Source: Spirochaetia bacterium
GTDB lineage: Bacteria > Spirochaetota > Spirochaetia > UBA9216
Assembly (NCBI GenBank): GCA_963677925.2
Contig: CAXXYH010000004.1
Location: 256,001 to 320,000, forward strand
DNA: 64,000 nucleotides
Direction: 5' to 3'
In this document: in pieces, positions 54,388 through 64,000 of the stretch
How positions within the stretch are numbered: the stretch's first letter is position 1
How the letters are laid out: every line of letters starts with the position of its first letter
The notes under the pieces: model-generated
Told to the model about the DNA's origin: nothing
Seen by the model: the letters and a program-made list of their open reading frames with translations, nothing else
Databases searched by the model: none
Program-made: the position numbers and the translations under genes

Positions 54388-56079
54388 ATGAAAAGAAACA
54401 GAATTATCATCTTCATTTCACTTCTATTCAGTATTGCAGCAATAGCCGCACTGCCTTTCCACCCGGAGGGACTGATATACCGGATAATTGCCGAATCATT
54501 TGATTACGCGGCAGTTTTTTTCATGCTCTTTTATCTTACAGCTGAACTGACCGCGGCTGTTTATAAAAAGCAGTACCTTATAAGAAATCTTTTCACTGTT
54601 ATCTTTATAATTTTTTATACTATCGTTTTTATTACATTGAAACTTCTGCCGGGACTGCCTGAGGAACTGAAAACAGCAGTCTTTACATTACGGGGCCTTT
54701 TCCTTGTTTTTAAGGCAGTGGAAGAGATACGCTCAGTCAGAACCCTGATCCAGAATATTTCCGAACATCCTGCAGGCTCAATACTGCTGAGTTTTCAGCT
54801 TGTAATAATAACCGGCACTCTGCTCCTTATGCTTCCCTTTGCCTCTGCAGACGGAAGCGGTCTCAATTTTATTGATTCCTGGTTTACCGCAACCTCGGCT
54901 GTGTGTGTAACAGGCCTTATAGTTGTCGATACTGCTGTATATTTCAGCTTCTGGGGAAAACTGATTATCCTCGTTCTTATACAGATAGGCGGACTGGGGA
55001 TTATGATAATGTCATATTTCTCTGCATTTATTCTGAGAAGAAAGATGAGTTTTACAGAAAAAAGAAGACTCTCCTTTGCGATCAGTGATAATGATTATTC
55101 AGGGATAATAAGACAGCTGAAATCTATCATATACCTCACCTTTACCATTGAGTCTGTCGGTGCGCTTGTCCTGTTTGCAGGACTCGGAGGAAGACTCGGA
55201 TACACTGCAGAAACGCTTTTCAACGCAGTTTTCCACTCAATCAGCGCCTTCTGCAACGCCGGGTTTTCGCTGTTCTCAAACAGTCTGGAAGACTTTTTTG
55301 CAAGTCCGCTGGTCATGCTCACCGTCAGTCTTCTGATTATTCTCGGCGGGCTCAGTTTTGCTGTAATCATAAATATTGGAACAAGTATCACAGGCAGAAA
55401 AAAGGGATTGCGCCTGAGTATTAACAGCAGGATTGTTCTAATCTGGTCTATTGTGCTTATCGTAACCGGTATGTACCTCTTTTACGGTACAGAGCACCGG
55501 AACACACTTCTTCATCTGAAACCGGGAGAACAGCTGCTTGCAGCCTTCTTTCAGTCGGTTACTCTCAGAACCGCCGGATTCAACTCAGTCCCATTTTCGG
55601 GGCTGACAACAGGAACTCTGCTTATAATGTGTTTTTTCATGTTCACCGGAGGTGCTTCCGGCAGCACGGCCGGAGGAATAAAGGTAAATACCATGGCGGT
55701 CCTGACAGCATACATCAAAAGCCTTTTTACAGGCTCCCCAAGAACAACCATTTACCGATATCAGCTGTCCAAAACAAATGTCCTCAGGGCTTTTTCAATT
55801 TTTCAGTACGGTCTTACAGCAGTATTTCTGGGTGTGGTCGGTCTTGTCCTTACGCAGGACCTGCCGCTTGATAAAATTATATTTGAAACAGTGTCCGCCT
55901 TCGGAACGGTAGGGCTTTCCGCGGGAATAACAGCCGCGTTAAACACACCTGGAAAGCTTATAATAATACTTCTGATGTTCAACGGACGAATCGGTCCGCT
56001 GACAATTATTGCCTCATTCTCCAACAGGCAGAAAACCGGCACAATTCAGTATCCGCAGGCGGATATTTCAATAGGATAA
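54388..56079 (+). CDS. TrkH/KtrB potassium uptake membrane subunit
   Basis: TSAVCVTGL, SAFCNAGF, RTAGF, GSTAGGIK, SAFGTVGLS pore loops; extra N-terminal TMs; start uncertain (54349 or 54388). Confidence 0.93.
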   Translation: MKRNRIIIFISLLFSIAAIAALPFHPEGLIYRIIAESFDYAAVFFMLFYLTAELTAAVYKKQYLIRNLFTVIFIIFYTIVFITLKLLPGLPEELKTAVFTLRGLFLVFKAVEEIRSVRTLIQNISEHPAGSILLSFQLVIITGTLLLMLPFASADGSGLNFIDSWFTATSAVCVTGLIVVDTAVYFSFWGKLIILVLIQIGGLGIMIMSYFSAFILRRKMSFTEKRRLSFAISDNDYSGIIRQLKSIIYLTFTIESVGALVLFAGLGGRLGYTAETLFNAVFHSISAFCNAGFSLFSNSLEDFFASPLVMLTVSLLIILGGLSFAVIINIGTSITGRKKGLRLSINSRIVLIWSIVLIVTGMYLFYGTEHRNTLLHLKPGEQLLAAFFQSVTLRTAGFNSVPFSGLTTGTLLIMCFFMFTGGASGSTAGGIKVNTMAVLTAYIKSLFTGSPRTTIYRYQLSKTNVLRAFSIFQYGLTAVFLGVVGLVLTQDLPLDKIIFETVSAFGTVGLSAGITAALNTPGKLIIILLMFNGRIGPLTIIASFSNRQKTGTIQYPQADISIG

Positions 56080-56089
56080 GGATTTAGCT

Positions 56090-56779
56090 ATGAATGAAAA
56101 TGTTTTTCTTGTTATAGGACTCGGAACCTTCGGTTGGGAAACCTGCGAGGAGCTGGCCGCCCGCGGTGCAAAGGTAATAGCCGTGGACAACAAACCGGGC
56201 CGGATTGAAAAAATTAAGGAGATCGTTACCCAGGCAATCCTTCTCGATTCAACCGACGAGGAAACTCTGTCCACCCTTCCATTTGAAGATGTTGATCTTG
56301 CAGTAATCGCAATCGGAGATAACATTGAGGCAAATATCCTTACAACAGCGCTTCTTAAAAAATCCGGAGTACCATACATCATAGCCAGAGCTGCAACGGA
56401 ACTGCACGAGCAGGTTCTTAAACAGGTAGGAGCAAATGAAATAATCAATGTTGAAAAGGAAGCTGGGATTCAGCTTGCCGAGAAGATAATTGCGCCTGAC
56501 ATCCTCGATAAGGTTCCGGTAACTGCAGACATCAGCGTTGCCGAAGTTTATGTTCCGGAAGCCTTCATCGGTAAAACCCTTCAGAATGTAGACCTTCCGG
56601 GAAAACTGGAACTGACAATAACCGCAATCAAGAGGACTGCCTTTACTGTTGATGAAGAGGGAAACCCGATTATGAATGAATCGGTAGTTTTTCCCGACGG
56701 AACAACCGAATTCAAAACCGGCGACATCCTGCTGGTCGTCGGAAAGAACGATAAGATAGATTCTTTAAAGGGCATTTAA
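56090..56779 (+). CDS. TrkA/KtrA RCK regulatory subunit
   Basis: VIGLGTFG, IARA...H..VL..VGA, TrkA_C tail. Confidence 0.93.
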   Translation: MNENVFLVIGLGTFGWETCEELAARGAKVIAVDNKPGRIEKIKEIVTQAILLDSTDEETLSTLPFEDVDLAVIAIGDNIEANILTTALLKKSGVPYIIARAATELHEQVLKQVGANEIINVEKEAGIQLAEKIIAPDILDKVPVTADISVAEVYVPEAFIGKTLQNVDLPGKLELTITAIKRTAFTVDEEGNPIMNESVVFPDGTTEFKTGDILLVVGKNDKIDSLKGI

Positions 56780-56780
56780 A

Positions 56781-57578
56781 ATGATCCAGATAAGAAAAAG
56801 CGTACTGATAATCCTTATAGTAATGGCAGCTGCATCAGTCTGCGGAATCGCCCTGTATGCCTGGTCGCTGCTGAATAATTCCGCCGGGTTTTCAGCAGAT
56901 GATATTAAATACTATTCCGAACAGATCGTCTTCGCCGCGGTTGTTCTTGCAAGCCTGCTTATCCTGTTTGTCATCTTAATCTTTTTAAGAAACCGTAATT
57001 TCAACAGGGATCTGGATCGTCTGATTAAACTTGATACAATCAACCCGGCATCAACTGAGAACAACCTCAGACGGCTGGGCAGTCTTGGAAAAAAACTGAG
57101 CCTCCTCTACAGGCAGATAAACGACATCAGCGAGAAAAGAGGCCTCAAGATCGGGGCGCTGACCGCTCTTACTGAATTTCTCTGCATGAACACACAGCTT
57201 CACATCATTCTTACCGACATCACAGGCAGAATCCTCCAGGTCAGCCGCGGATATCTCGATGAAAAGCAGGCTGTCCGTTCTGAACTTGTACTGAAAAATA
57301 TTAGAGCCGTGATGCCGGAAGTCAATTTTCCGGGAATCGTTTCGGAGCTTGAAAAGAGACACCTTCCGGTTGAAGCCGAATCAGGGAATGAAAAAATCAG
57401 GTGGGTACCCATTCACAACCGCAATAATGAAATCAGTTATATTGCTGCAATACCATCCAAAGTTGAGCTGAAACTTCCTCAGTTCAATCCCCAGACAAAA
57501 AAGCCGGCGGACAGAAGACATAATTCTGTTTCCGATTTTATTCACAGGGTAAGAGGAGTCTCAAAAAAGGTCTTTTAA
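56781..57578 (+). CDS. Two-TM hypothetical protein with a possible PAS-like cytoplasmic region
   Basis: Two TMs, then IILTDITGRILQVS...L.LKNI..V.P PAS-like pattern. Confidence 0.65.
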   Translation: MIQIRKSVLIILIVMAAASVCGIALYAWSLLNNSAGFSADDIKYYSEQIVFAAVVLASLLILFVILIFLRNRNFNRDLDRLIKLDTINPASTENNLRRLGSLGKKLSLLYRQINDISEKRGLKIGALTALTEFLCMNTQLHIILTDITGRILQVSRGYLDEKQAVRSELVLKNIRAVMPEVNFPGIVSELEKRHLPVEAESGNEKIRWVPIHNRNNEISYIAAIPSKVELKLPQFNPQTKKPADRRHNSVSDFIHRVRGVSKKVF

Positions 57579-57594
57579 AGAATAACGGCAGCGG

Positions 57595-59370
57595 CTATTC
57601 CCCGAACTGAAGCGAGTACAGACTGCTGTAAAGACCCTCCGATGCCAGCAGCTCATCGTGACTGCCGCTCTCTGCAATCCGCCCTCCGGAAAGAACGATT
57701 ATACGATCAGAATCTGTTATTGTTGAAAGCCGGTGTGCAATGACTATTGATGTGCGGTTTTCAAGGATGTTCTTCAGACCCTTCTGAATATATTTTTCGG
57801 TTTCTGTATCAATGCTCGCAGTTGCTTCATCCAGAATCAGGATCGGCGGATCATGGGCAAGTATACGGGTAAAGGCAATCAGCTGTCTCTGGCCGGCGGA
57901 TAGATTAGAACCGCCTTCCGTCAGCTCAAAATCAAAACCGTAGCCAAGCTTTTCAAGCACGGGTTTCAGGCAGGCAGTTTCTGCGGCCTGTTCCAGTGCC
58001 TCATCAGAAATATCCTTTCCAAGAGTAATATTATCCCTTATTGAGCCTGAGAATATAAAAACGTCCTGGGCAACAGCCTGTACAGTCTGCCTCAGTTTTT
58101 TCAGCGGAAATTTTCGGATATCCTCACCGTCAATCTTTATGCAGCCCGAATCGACATCCCAGAACCTGGCTGCCAGGTTTGCTATCGTTGACTTTCCGGC
58201 TCCGGTATATCCGACAATAGCTACTGTCTCTCCGTGTCCGGCAGAAAAACTCACATGCTTAAGCACAGGTTCGCCCTCTTTGTATCCGAAGCTTACATCA
58301 TTGAAAGTCAGCCTTGATTCTTCTGCCGGGACCGTTTCCGGACATCCTTCCGGCTCTTTTCCGGAGTAATCGGGAATATGATCTTCAGTTTCAAGAAGTT
58401 CAAATATTCGCTCGGCACCGGCCATTGCGGACTGCATAACCGTGAACTGTTCAGACAGCTGCTGAAGCGGCCGGTAAAATTTCTGAACTAAATCCAGATA
58501 GGCGATAAGAACTCCCAGGGTAAGAATTCCCTTTGCATGCATTCCGGCACCGAAGTAGATAATTACCGCAAGAGAAACTGTCCCAAGCATACTTATGAGG
58601 GGCCGGAAAACCGCAAATACATACATCTCACCCATATTTGCCCCAAGCAGTTTGTCATTGTTTTTTCTGAAGTTCTCATCTGTGTAATCTTCGTGGGCAA
58701 AGGACTGAACAACCCTTATCCCGGAGATTCTTTCCGACAGAAATGCATTAAGCATAGACACACGCTTTCTGACCCTGCGGTAGGCATCACGCGCCTTTAC
58801 CCTGAAAAAAACAGTAATCAGGATTACCGGAGGCAGAGTCAGTACAGTCAGAGCACCCAGCCTTACATTCAGAAAAAAGAGGACACCTATTACGCCGGCC
58901 ATTACTACAAAATTCTTGATTAACGTCATAACCACCGAAGAGAAGAATTCACTTATTGTCTCAACATCATTCGTTGCCCTCGTCACAAGTGTTCCGACCG
59001 GACTCTTCCCGAAAAAAGACAGGGACTGCCCGGCAGTATGGGAAAGAAGCTCCATCCTGAGAGTTTTCATAATTCCCTGGGCTGCTGCTGACATCAGATA
59101 AACCTGAGCGAATGATGCTATAAGACCTAGCCCCAGAAGGCCTAAGAGAATCAGACTGTTTCCGGCAAGTCCTGAAACAGAGGGGTTTTCACTTAAAATA
59201 TTGGTATCCACACTCCTCTGAATAATCACCGGGGCAAGCAGTTCGGAAACAGTTACCGCGACAAGGGCTGCCAGAGATACAGCGGTATGCACAGAATAGG
59301 GCTTAAGATATGCCAGAAGCTTGCGCATCAAATGAGGGTTATATTTTACAATTATTTTCTCATCTTCCAT
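57595..59370 (-). CDS. ABC exporter half-transporter (MdlB-like)
   Basis: TMD plus GYTGAGKS, LSAGQRQ, ILDEATA, IAHRLST. Start placed at ATG 59370. Confidence 0.94.
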   Translation of the reverse strand: MEDEKIIVKYNPHLMRKLLAYLKPYSVHTAVSLAALVAVTVSELLAPVIIQRSVDTNILSENPSVSGLAGNSLILLGLLGLGLIASFAQVYLMSAAAQGIMKTLRMELLSHTAGQSLSFFGKSPVGTLVTRATNDVETISEFFSSVVMTLIKNFVVMAGVIGVLFFLNVRLGALTVLTLPPVILITVFFRVKARDAYRRVRKRVSMLNAFLSERISGIRVVQSFAHEDYTDENFRKNNDKLLGANMGEMYVFAVFRPLISMLGTVSLAVIIYFGAGMHAKGILTLGVLIAYLDLVQKFYRPLQQLSEQFTVMQSAMAGAERIFELLETEDHIPDYSGKEPEGCPETVPAEESRLTFNDVSFGYKEGEPVLKHVSFSAGHGETVAIVGYTGAGKSTIANLAARFWDVDSGCIKIDGEDIRKFPLKKLRQTVQAVAQDVFIFSGSIRDNITLGKDISDEALEQAAETACLKPVLEKLGYGFDFELTEGGSNLSAGQRQLIAFTRILAHDPPILILDEATASIDTETEKYIQKGLKNILENRTSIVIAHRLSTITDSDRIIVLSGGRIAESGSHDELLASEGLYSSLYSLQFGE

Positions 59371-61123
59371 TTTCAGCCTGCTGCAGATTATAAATTGTCC
59401 TGTACAGCCCCTTCTCTGACAGAAGCTGCTCATGCGTGCCCTGCTGCGTAATGCAGCCGTCTTCGAGCACTATTATGTTATCGGTATGTGAAAGGGTACC
59501 GATCCTGTTTGAAATAATAATAGAAGTCCTCCCGGCTCTCTTTTCAAGAAAACTCCGGATTATTGAAGCCTCGGTCTCGGAATCAACCGCGGAAAGGCAG
59601 TCGTCGAATATCAGTATTTCCGGATTGGTCAGATAAGCTCTTGATATTGCAACCCTCTGCTTCTGACCGCCGCTTAAAGTATGGCCCCTCTCGCCGACCA
59701 TGGTATCCCAGCCGAAGGGAAATTCTTTAAGATCCCTGCTGATGGTTGAAAAATCCGCGGCCTCCCTTATAAGCTCATCCCCGGCATCAGGAACTGCAAA
59801 CCTGATATTCTCCTTGATTGTCTCGGAAAACAGAAAAGTATCCTGCATAACCACACCGACGTTTTTACGGAGTTCTGAAAGGTTATAATCCCTTATATCC
59901 CGGCCGCCTATAAAAACGGTTCCGGCAGGGACTTCATAAAGCCTTGGAAGCAGACTTATCAGGCTGGTTTTTCCCGAACCGGTCCGGCCGAGTATTCCCA
60001 GCGAATGCCCCTGCTTAAGCTGAAAACTGATATCGGTTAAAACCGGAACGGTAACAATTTCTTCCTTTTTTTCATTATAAAAATCACGTGAATATGAAAG
60101 GCCCCGGACTTCAACATCACCCGCCGGTTTAACATCTATTCCCGCACCGGAGACTATATCCGGCTTCTCATCCAGAAATTCTCCTATTCTTGCAAGTGAA
60201 GCTCCGCCGCGTTCGAGCCAGTTGATGGTAAACCCCGCGCCCATCATCGGCCAGACAAGAAGCCCCAGATAGCTCAGCACCGCGGCAAAGTCACCCGGAG
60301 AGATAATTCCGTTAATTACCTGCTGCCCTCCGAACCAGAGAAGCAGAAGGGAGGTAACTCCGGAAAGAAAGTTGATAAGCGGAAAGAAAAATCCCCATAC
60401 CCTGATAAGAGACATTGCGCGCTGCAGATAAATATCATTTGCAGTTTTAAATTTTTTAGCCGCAAAATCTTCACAGGCGAAGGTTTTGTATACCCTGATT
60501 CCTGCAAAAGTTTCCTGGGTATGAGCGCTCAGGTTTGAAAATCCTTCCTGAACAAGCTTCGATCTTCTGCCCAGCAGTCTTCCTGCGCCAACTACAAGGA
60601 TAAACAGAAGCGGCAGTGGTATCGCAATCCATCCGGCAAGGCCGGGATAATCCCTGAAAAGGATGACAAGAATTAAGGTTGCCATGAACAGCCCGTCAAC
60701 AATAGAGACAACCGCCATCCCGCAGGCCATTCTTATTGCATTCATATCATTTGTGAACCTCGACATTATATCGCCGGTCCTTCTTTTTTCATAAAACCCG
60801 GGAGAAAGTCCCAGAAGATGACGGAAAAGTTTCTGCCTTAGATCACTTTCAATTCGTCTCGCAGTCCCGCCTATAAAAAAGCGCCATCCGAATCGCCCCG
60901 CTGCAATAAAAACGGCAATCACAACCATAATTACCGCAATGTTTAAAATGAGACCGGTACTGCCCTCGCCCGAAGAGATCAAATTTACGGCCCTCTTTGT
61001 AAGCTGGGGAATGTAAATCTGTCCGGCATCTGTTACAACCAGACAGATCAGCCCGGGAATGTAGAAAAGAAGATTCTTTCTGAGAAATGGAAGAAGTCGT
61101 TTGTATTCACCAAGATAAGACAC
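59360..61123 (-). CDS. ABC exporter half-transporter (MdlA-like, degenerate site)
   Basis: TMD plus GRTGSGKT, LSGGQKQR, IFDDCLSAVD (E to D), ISNR (H to N). Confidence 0.94.
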   Translation of the reverse strand: MSYLGEYKRLLPFLRKNLLFYIPGLICLVVTDAGQIYIPQLTKRAVNLISSGEGSTGLILNIAVIMVVIAVFIAAGRFGWRFFIGGTARRIESDLRQKLFRHLLGLSPGFYEKRRTGDIMSRFTNDMNAIRMACGMAVVSIVDGLFMATLILVILFRDYPGLAGWIAIPLPLLFILVVGAGRLLGRRSKLVQEGFSNLSAHTQETFAGIRVYKTFACEDFAAKKFKTANDIYLQRAMSLIRVWGFFFPLINFLSGVTSLLLLWFGGQQVINGIISPGDFAAVLSYLGLLVWPMMGAGFTINWLERGGASLARIGEFLDEKPDIVSGAGIDVKPAGDVEVRGLSYSRDFYNEKKEEIVTVPVLTDISFQLKQGHSLGILGRTGSGKTSLISLLPRLYEVPAGTVFIGGRDIRDYNLSELRKNVGVVMQDTFLFSETIKENIRFAVPDAGDELIREAADFSTISRDLKEFPFGWDTMVGERGHTLSGGQKQRVAISRAYLTNPEILIFDDCLSAVDSETEASIIRSFLEKRAGRTSIIISNRIGTLSHTDNIIVLEDGCITQQGTHEQLLSEKGLYRTIYNLQQAENGR

Positions 61124-61209
61124 ATGCTACTTTACACATTATATCGGGCAGAATCAACAAACAGAAAAAAAACCTTGATTTATTGTTTTTCTGCTAATAT
61201 AAATATTGA

Positions 61210-62370
61210 ATGATTATAGAAAAAGCGTTTATCCACTATTTGAACATCCCTTTTAAAATGACATTCAGCCACTCTAAAGCAGACAGAGCCCACTCGGATT
61301 CCATAATTCTTGAAATACAGGCCAAATCTGCCAGCGGTAAAGAGATATTCGGTTACGGCGAAGCTGTAATACGTGAATATGTTTCCGGAACTATTGAGAA
61401 TTCAGACACCGAAGAAGAGGCGGTTACTTCGGTATTCAATGAATTCCTTAACGAATTCAGAAGCAGGGAACTTTCTCCCGACAATGTTCTGAATGAGCTT
61501 AAGGCTTTCAATCCCGAAGCTGAAAAACTGCCTGTCCTCTGCGCAGTTGAAACCGCAATGCTGGACCTCCTCTGCACCGAGACCGGCTCGGATATTTATA
61601 ATCTGCTTGGAGTCGAGCCGCAGAGAGAAACAATCGTATACGGCGGTACGCTGCCTGTCCTCCCGATTCCGGCGGCCCGCAAACTTATGGGCGCATATAA
61701 ACAGATGCAGATTCCTAACCTGCGCATCAAGGTCCTTGATGATACCGCCTACAATACCGAAATACTGGCTCTGGGCCGTGAAATCTTCGGTGATGATTAC
61801 CCGCTTAAAATTGACGCCAATGCGGCCTGGACAGCAGAGACTGCAGTAGAAAATTTTCCGCTGCTGAAAAAGTTCGGAATAACGATCATTGAAGAACCCT
61901 TCGGCAGAAATGAGTCCGAAATGGATAAGATCAAAAAGCATGAGGCATTTGATGATTTTATTTTTATGGCGGACGAATCGGCACTTAACATGGAAGATCT
62001 GAAGGCTGCAGTCAAAAACAAAACATATAAAATGATAAATATCCGGCTCGCAAAAAACGGAGGCCTTTTAAAAGCTCTTGACTTAGCCGCTTTTTCTGAC
62101 AAAAATGGTATGAAATATATGTCCGGATGTCATGTCGGAGAAACAGGAGTACTCAGTGCTGCCGGAAGAGCGGCCGCATCCATAATGAAAAATCCTGTCT
62201 TTACCGACGGGTCGTTCGATGCCCATTTACTTGAAGGAAATGTAACCGAAGATGATTTAAGCTTCGGCCTCGGCGGTATCGCCGGTATAATAAGGAATAA
62301 AAACCTGGGTTTTAAACTCAGCAGAAAAAATCTGGAAGGGTACACTATTGAAAAAAGAACTTGTTTTTGA
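61210..62370 (+). CDS. Enolase superfamily protein (muconate cycloisomerase / dipeptide epimerase-like)
   Basis: GYGE, ETAMLD, RIKV, IDAN.AW, EEP, ADES, NIRLAKNGG, GCHVGE. Confidence 0.85.
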   Translation: MIIEKAFIHYLNIPFKMTFSHSKADRAHSDSIILEIQAKSASGKEIFGYGEAVIREYVSGTIENSDTEEEAVTSVFNEFLNEFRSRELSPDNVLNELKAFNPEAEKLPVLCAVETAMLDLLCTETGSDIYNLLGVEPQRETIVYGGTLPVLPIPAARKLMGAYKQMQIPNLRIKVLDDTAYNTEILALGREIFGDDYPLKIDANAAWTAETAVENFPLLKKFGITIIEEPFGRNESEMDKIKKHEAFDDFIFMADESALNMEDLKAAVKNKTYKMINIRLAKNGGLLKALDLAAFSDKNGMKYMSGCHVGETGVLSAAGRAAASIMKNPVFTDGSFDAHLLEGNVTEDDLSFGLGGIAGIIRNKNLGFKLSRKNLEGYTIEKRTCF

Positions 62371-63163
62371 ATTCTGGCTTGAAAGCAACCGGAATTGGCT
62401 GGAAAAATGCGACGGTAAAACTCTCGGAATGACTTTCTCTGCAGGCAAGGACTCATCTGTCTGCCAGTATTTTCTTAATGAGGTAAAAGAACAGTTCAAT
62501 TTTAAGCTGAAATCCTACCTCTGCGCATATCCGAGGCACAGATATTCTGATGAAGTGAATAAAAAGCTTCAGGACTACTGGGCTTCAAAGGGTGTCGATA
62601 TCTATGTACAAATACCCGAAGAGGGCGATGATCTCATGGAAAACACAAAAAACCCCTGCAGACCATGTCAGAATATTAGAAAAAGCGCTCTTCCGGAAAT
62701 TTTCAGCCTGATGAAAACTCCGGTATCAGATATTGTAATTGTTTCCGGTCACAGCCTTTGGGATATAGCAGCCTATGCCTTAAATGCCAACATTGCAAAA
62801 GAACTGGCGATCCCAAACGAAGACGATGAAACCCTAACAGACAAGCGCCTTCTTGAGGTTTCACAGAGGTTTTATCCCTTCTTTACAATGCCGGAAGGCT
62901 ACTCAGTTTACCGCCCCCTGCTGTACCTGAATCAGGCTGATATTCATCAGTTCTGCAGCGAATTTTCAATTCCAGTTATTGAGGAAGAATGCCGATATTC
63001 GTCTTGGAGGCCTAAGAACAAATTATCCGAATATTTCAGTATGTTCGGTTACAATTTTGAATATGAGCAGGTTTTTAATTACGCACAGAAATATCTTAAC
63101 ATTATTCCTCTTGACCATATTCAGACTATCAAAAGCAAAGAATATCTGTCTGAGCATTTTTAA
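62348..63163 (+). CDS. TtcA-like PP-loop ATPase (divergent)
   Basis: SAGKDS PP-loop, NPCRPC...RK, GHSLWD, YRPL, distal Cys. Confidence 0.75.
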   Translation: MKKELVFEFWLESNRNWLEKCDGKTLGMTFSAGKDSSVCQYFLNEVKEQFNFKLKSYLCAYPRHRYSDEVNKKLQDYWASKGVDIYVQIPEEGDDLMENTKNPCRPCQNIRKSALPEIFSLMKTPVSDIVIVSGHSLWDIAAYALNANIAKELAIPNEDDETLTDKRLLEVSQRFYPFFTMPEGYSVYRPLLYLNQADIHQFCSEFSIPVIEEECRYSSWRPKNKLSEYFSMFGYNFEYEQVFNYAQKYLNIIPLDHIQTIKSKEYLSEHF

Positions 63164-63184
63164 TACAGGAAAAGGTCCCGGCAG

Positions 63185-64000
63185 ATGGTGATAAATACGT
63201 CCTTTGTCGAAAACCGGCAGGAAAATGATATAAAGTTTACAGCAACAACAGAGCAGGCCCTGAATGAGGTAAACTGTACAAACAGCAAGGCTGTATATCA
63301 CTATGTCAGAAGGCATAAGCCGGACAGACTAAAGGACCTTTTTACGAATCTGCCCGAACCATATGATTCAATATCAAATATTGAAGCTTATCTGACCGAT
63401 GAGAACAACTGGGTCTCCTCCGAACTGATTACAAAACTGTTTGATAACGCATCAGATATTTTTGAGGATCCCGGTGTTGCATTCAATATCGGAATGGAAA
63501 CAATCACCACAAAAACAATAGGAACCCTTCAGAGCTTCTTTCTTACAACCTTTGCTACACCAAAAAGTGTAATTAAAAGACTGAATCAGATTAATCAGCA
63601 GTTCAATACAACCAAGGTTATCGAAACAGTATATATCTCAAGCAAACGGACAGTTGTAAGGCTTCACTGGAAGGAAAACAGCAAGCTGAGCAAGAATATC
63701 TGCCTTTACAATCAGGGTGTATATGCTGCAATCCCTACACTCTGGGGACAGCCGCCGCAGACGGTTACAGAAACAGAATGCTACTTCAACGGAGCCCCCT
63801 ACTGTCAGTACAACGTCACCTTCAATAAAAAAAATATATTCAAGTTCAGCTTCAAGAATCAGATTAAATCACGGAAATCCAGACTTCTGTTAGCCCTTGA
63901 AGAGATTGAAAACGACAAGCTTCTGCTTAAAAAGAAGAATGATGAAGTTATAAAACTCAACCTGGAACTGAAAGAGAAAGTCGAGCGGCTTAAAGCCATT
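63185..64000 (+). CDS. Signal-transduction protein with an N-terminal V4R-like sensor, partial
   Basis: Hand translation MVINTSFVENRQ...YLTDENNWVS...ICLYNQGVYAAIPTLWG...ETECYFNGAPYCQYNV..., then a coiled coil; open to the window end. Confidence 0.75.
   Translation, partial: MVINTSFVENRQENDIKFTATTEQALNEVNCTNSKAVYHYVRRHKPDRLKDLFTNLPEPYDSISNIEAYLTDENNWVSSELITKLFDNASDIFEDPGVAFNIGMETITTKTIGTLQSFFLTTFATPKSVIKRLNQINQQFNTTKVIETVYISSKRTVVRLHWKENSKLSKNICLYNQGVYAAIPTLWGQPPQTVTETECYFNGAPYCQYNVTFNKKNIFKFSFKNQIKSRKSRLLLALEEIENDKLLLKKKNDEVIKLNLELKEKVERLKAI

Noticed and set aside
1-64000. Many short antisense or nested ORFs in the track; CRISPR arrays, rRNA, IS elements
   Set aside because: The nested ORFs lie opposite or within well-supported genes and lack motifs. 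No regularly spaced repeats, rRNA-like sequence or transposase motifs were seen by eye.

Overview
A 64 kb window of bacterial chromosome, most likely a free-living anaerobic spirochaete (inferred from gene content and one spirochaete-type conserved protein). In order it carries: a TonB/ExbBD/TonB-dependent receptor set; transketolase downstream of a HydABC-like flavoprotein complex with no hydrogenase active site; a MarR-led five-gene cluster; a sugar-acid catabolic block; two ECF sigma/anti-sigma pairs; tRNA-Ala(CGC) followed by a ~190 bp element that duplicates the tRNA 3' end; a STAS-containing chemosensory cluster; thyA-DGC-folA; Trk K+ uptake; a heterodimeric ABC exporter; and an enolase-superfamily/TtcA-like/V4R-like sensor trio cut by the window end. 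The best candidate for an undescribed system is 14865-18756: MarR, an ArsM-type methyltransferase, a 31-aa three-Cys peptide that the ORF track misses (15955-16050, MKSLIKKKPEGKKEVAQCCAKLSKVVAGCHD, with its own RBS and a 3' stem-loop), a radical SAM/SPASM maturase and a thioredoxin-thioredoxin reductase fusion. This looks like a RiPP-type pathway, possibly involving metalloid chemistry. The second candidate is a possible transaldolase-dependent route for 5-keto sugar acids (18759-26208). No CRISPR array, rRNA, integrase or transposase was seen. All calls come from motif reading by eye; no database searches were run.
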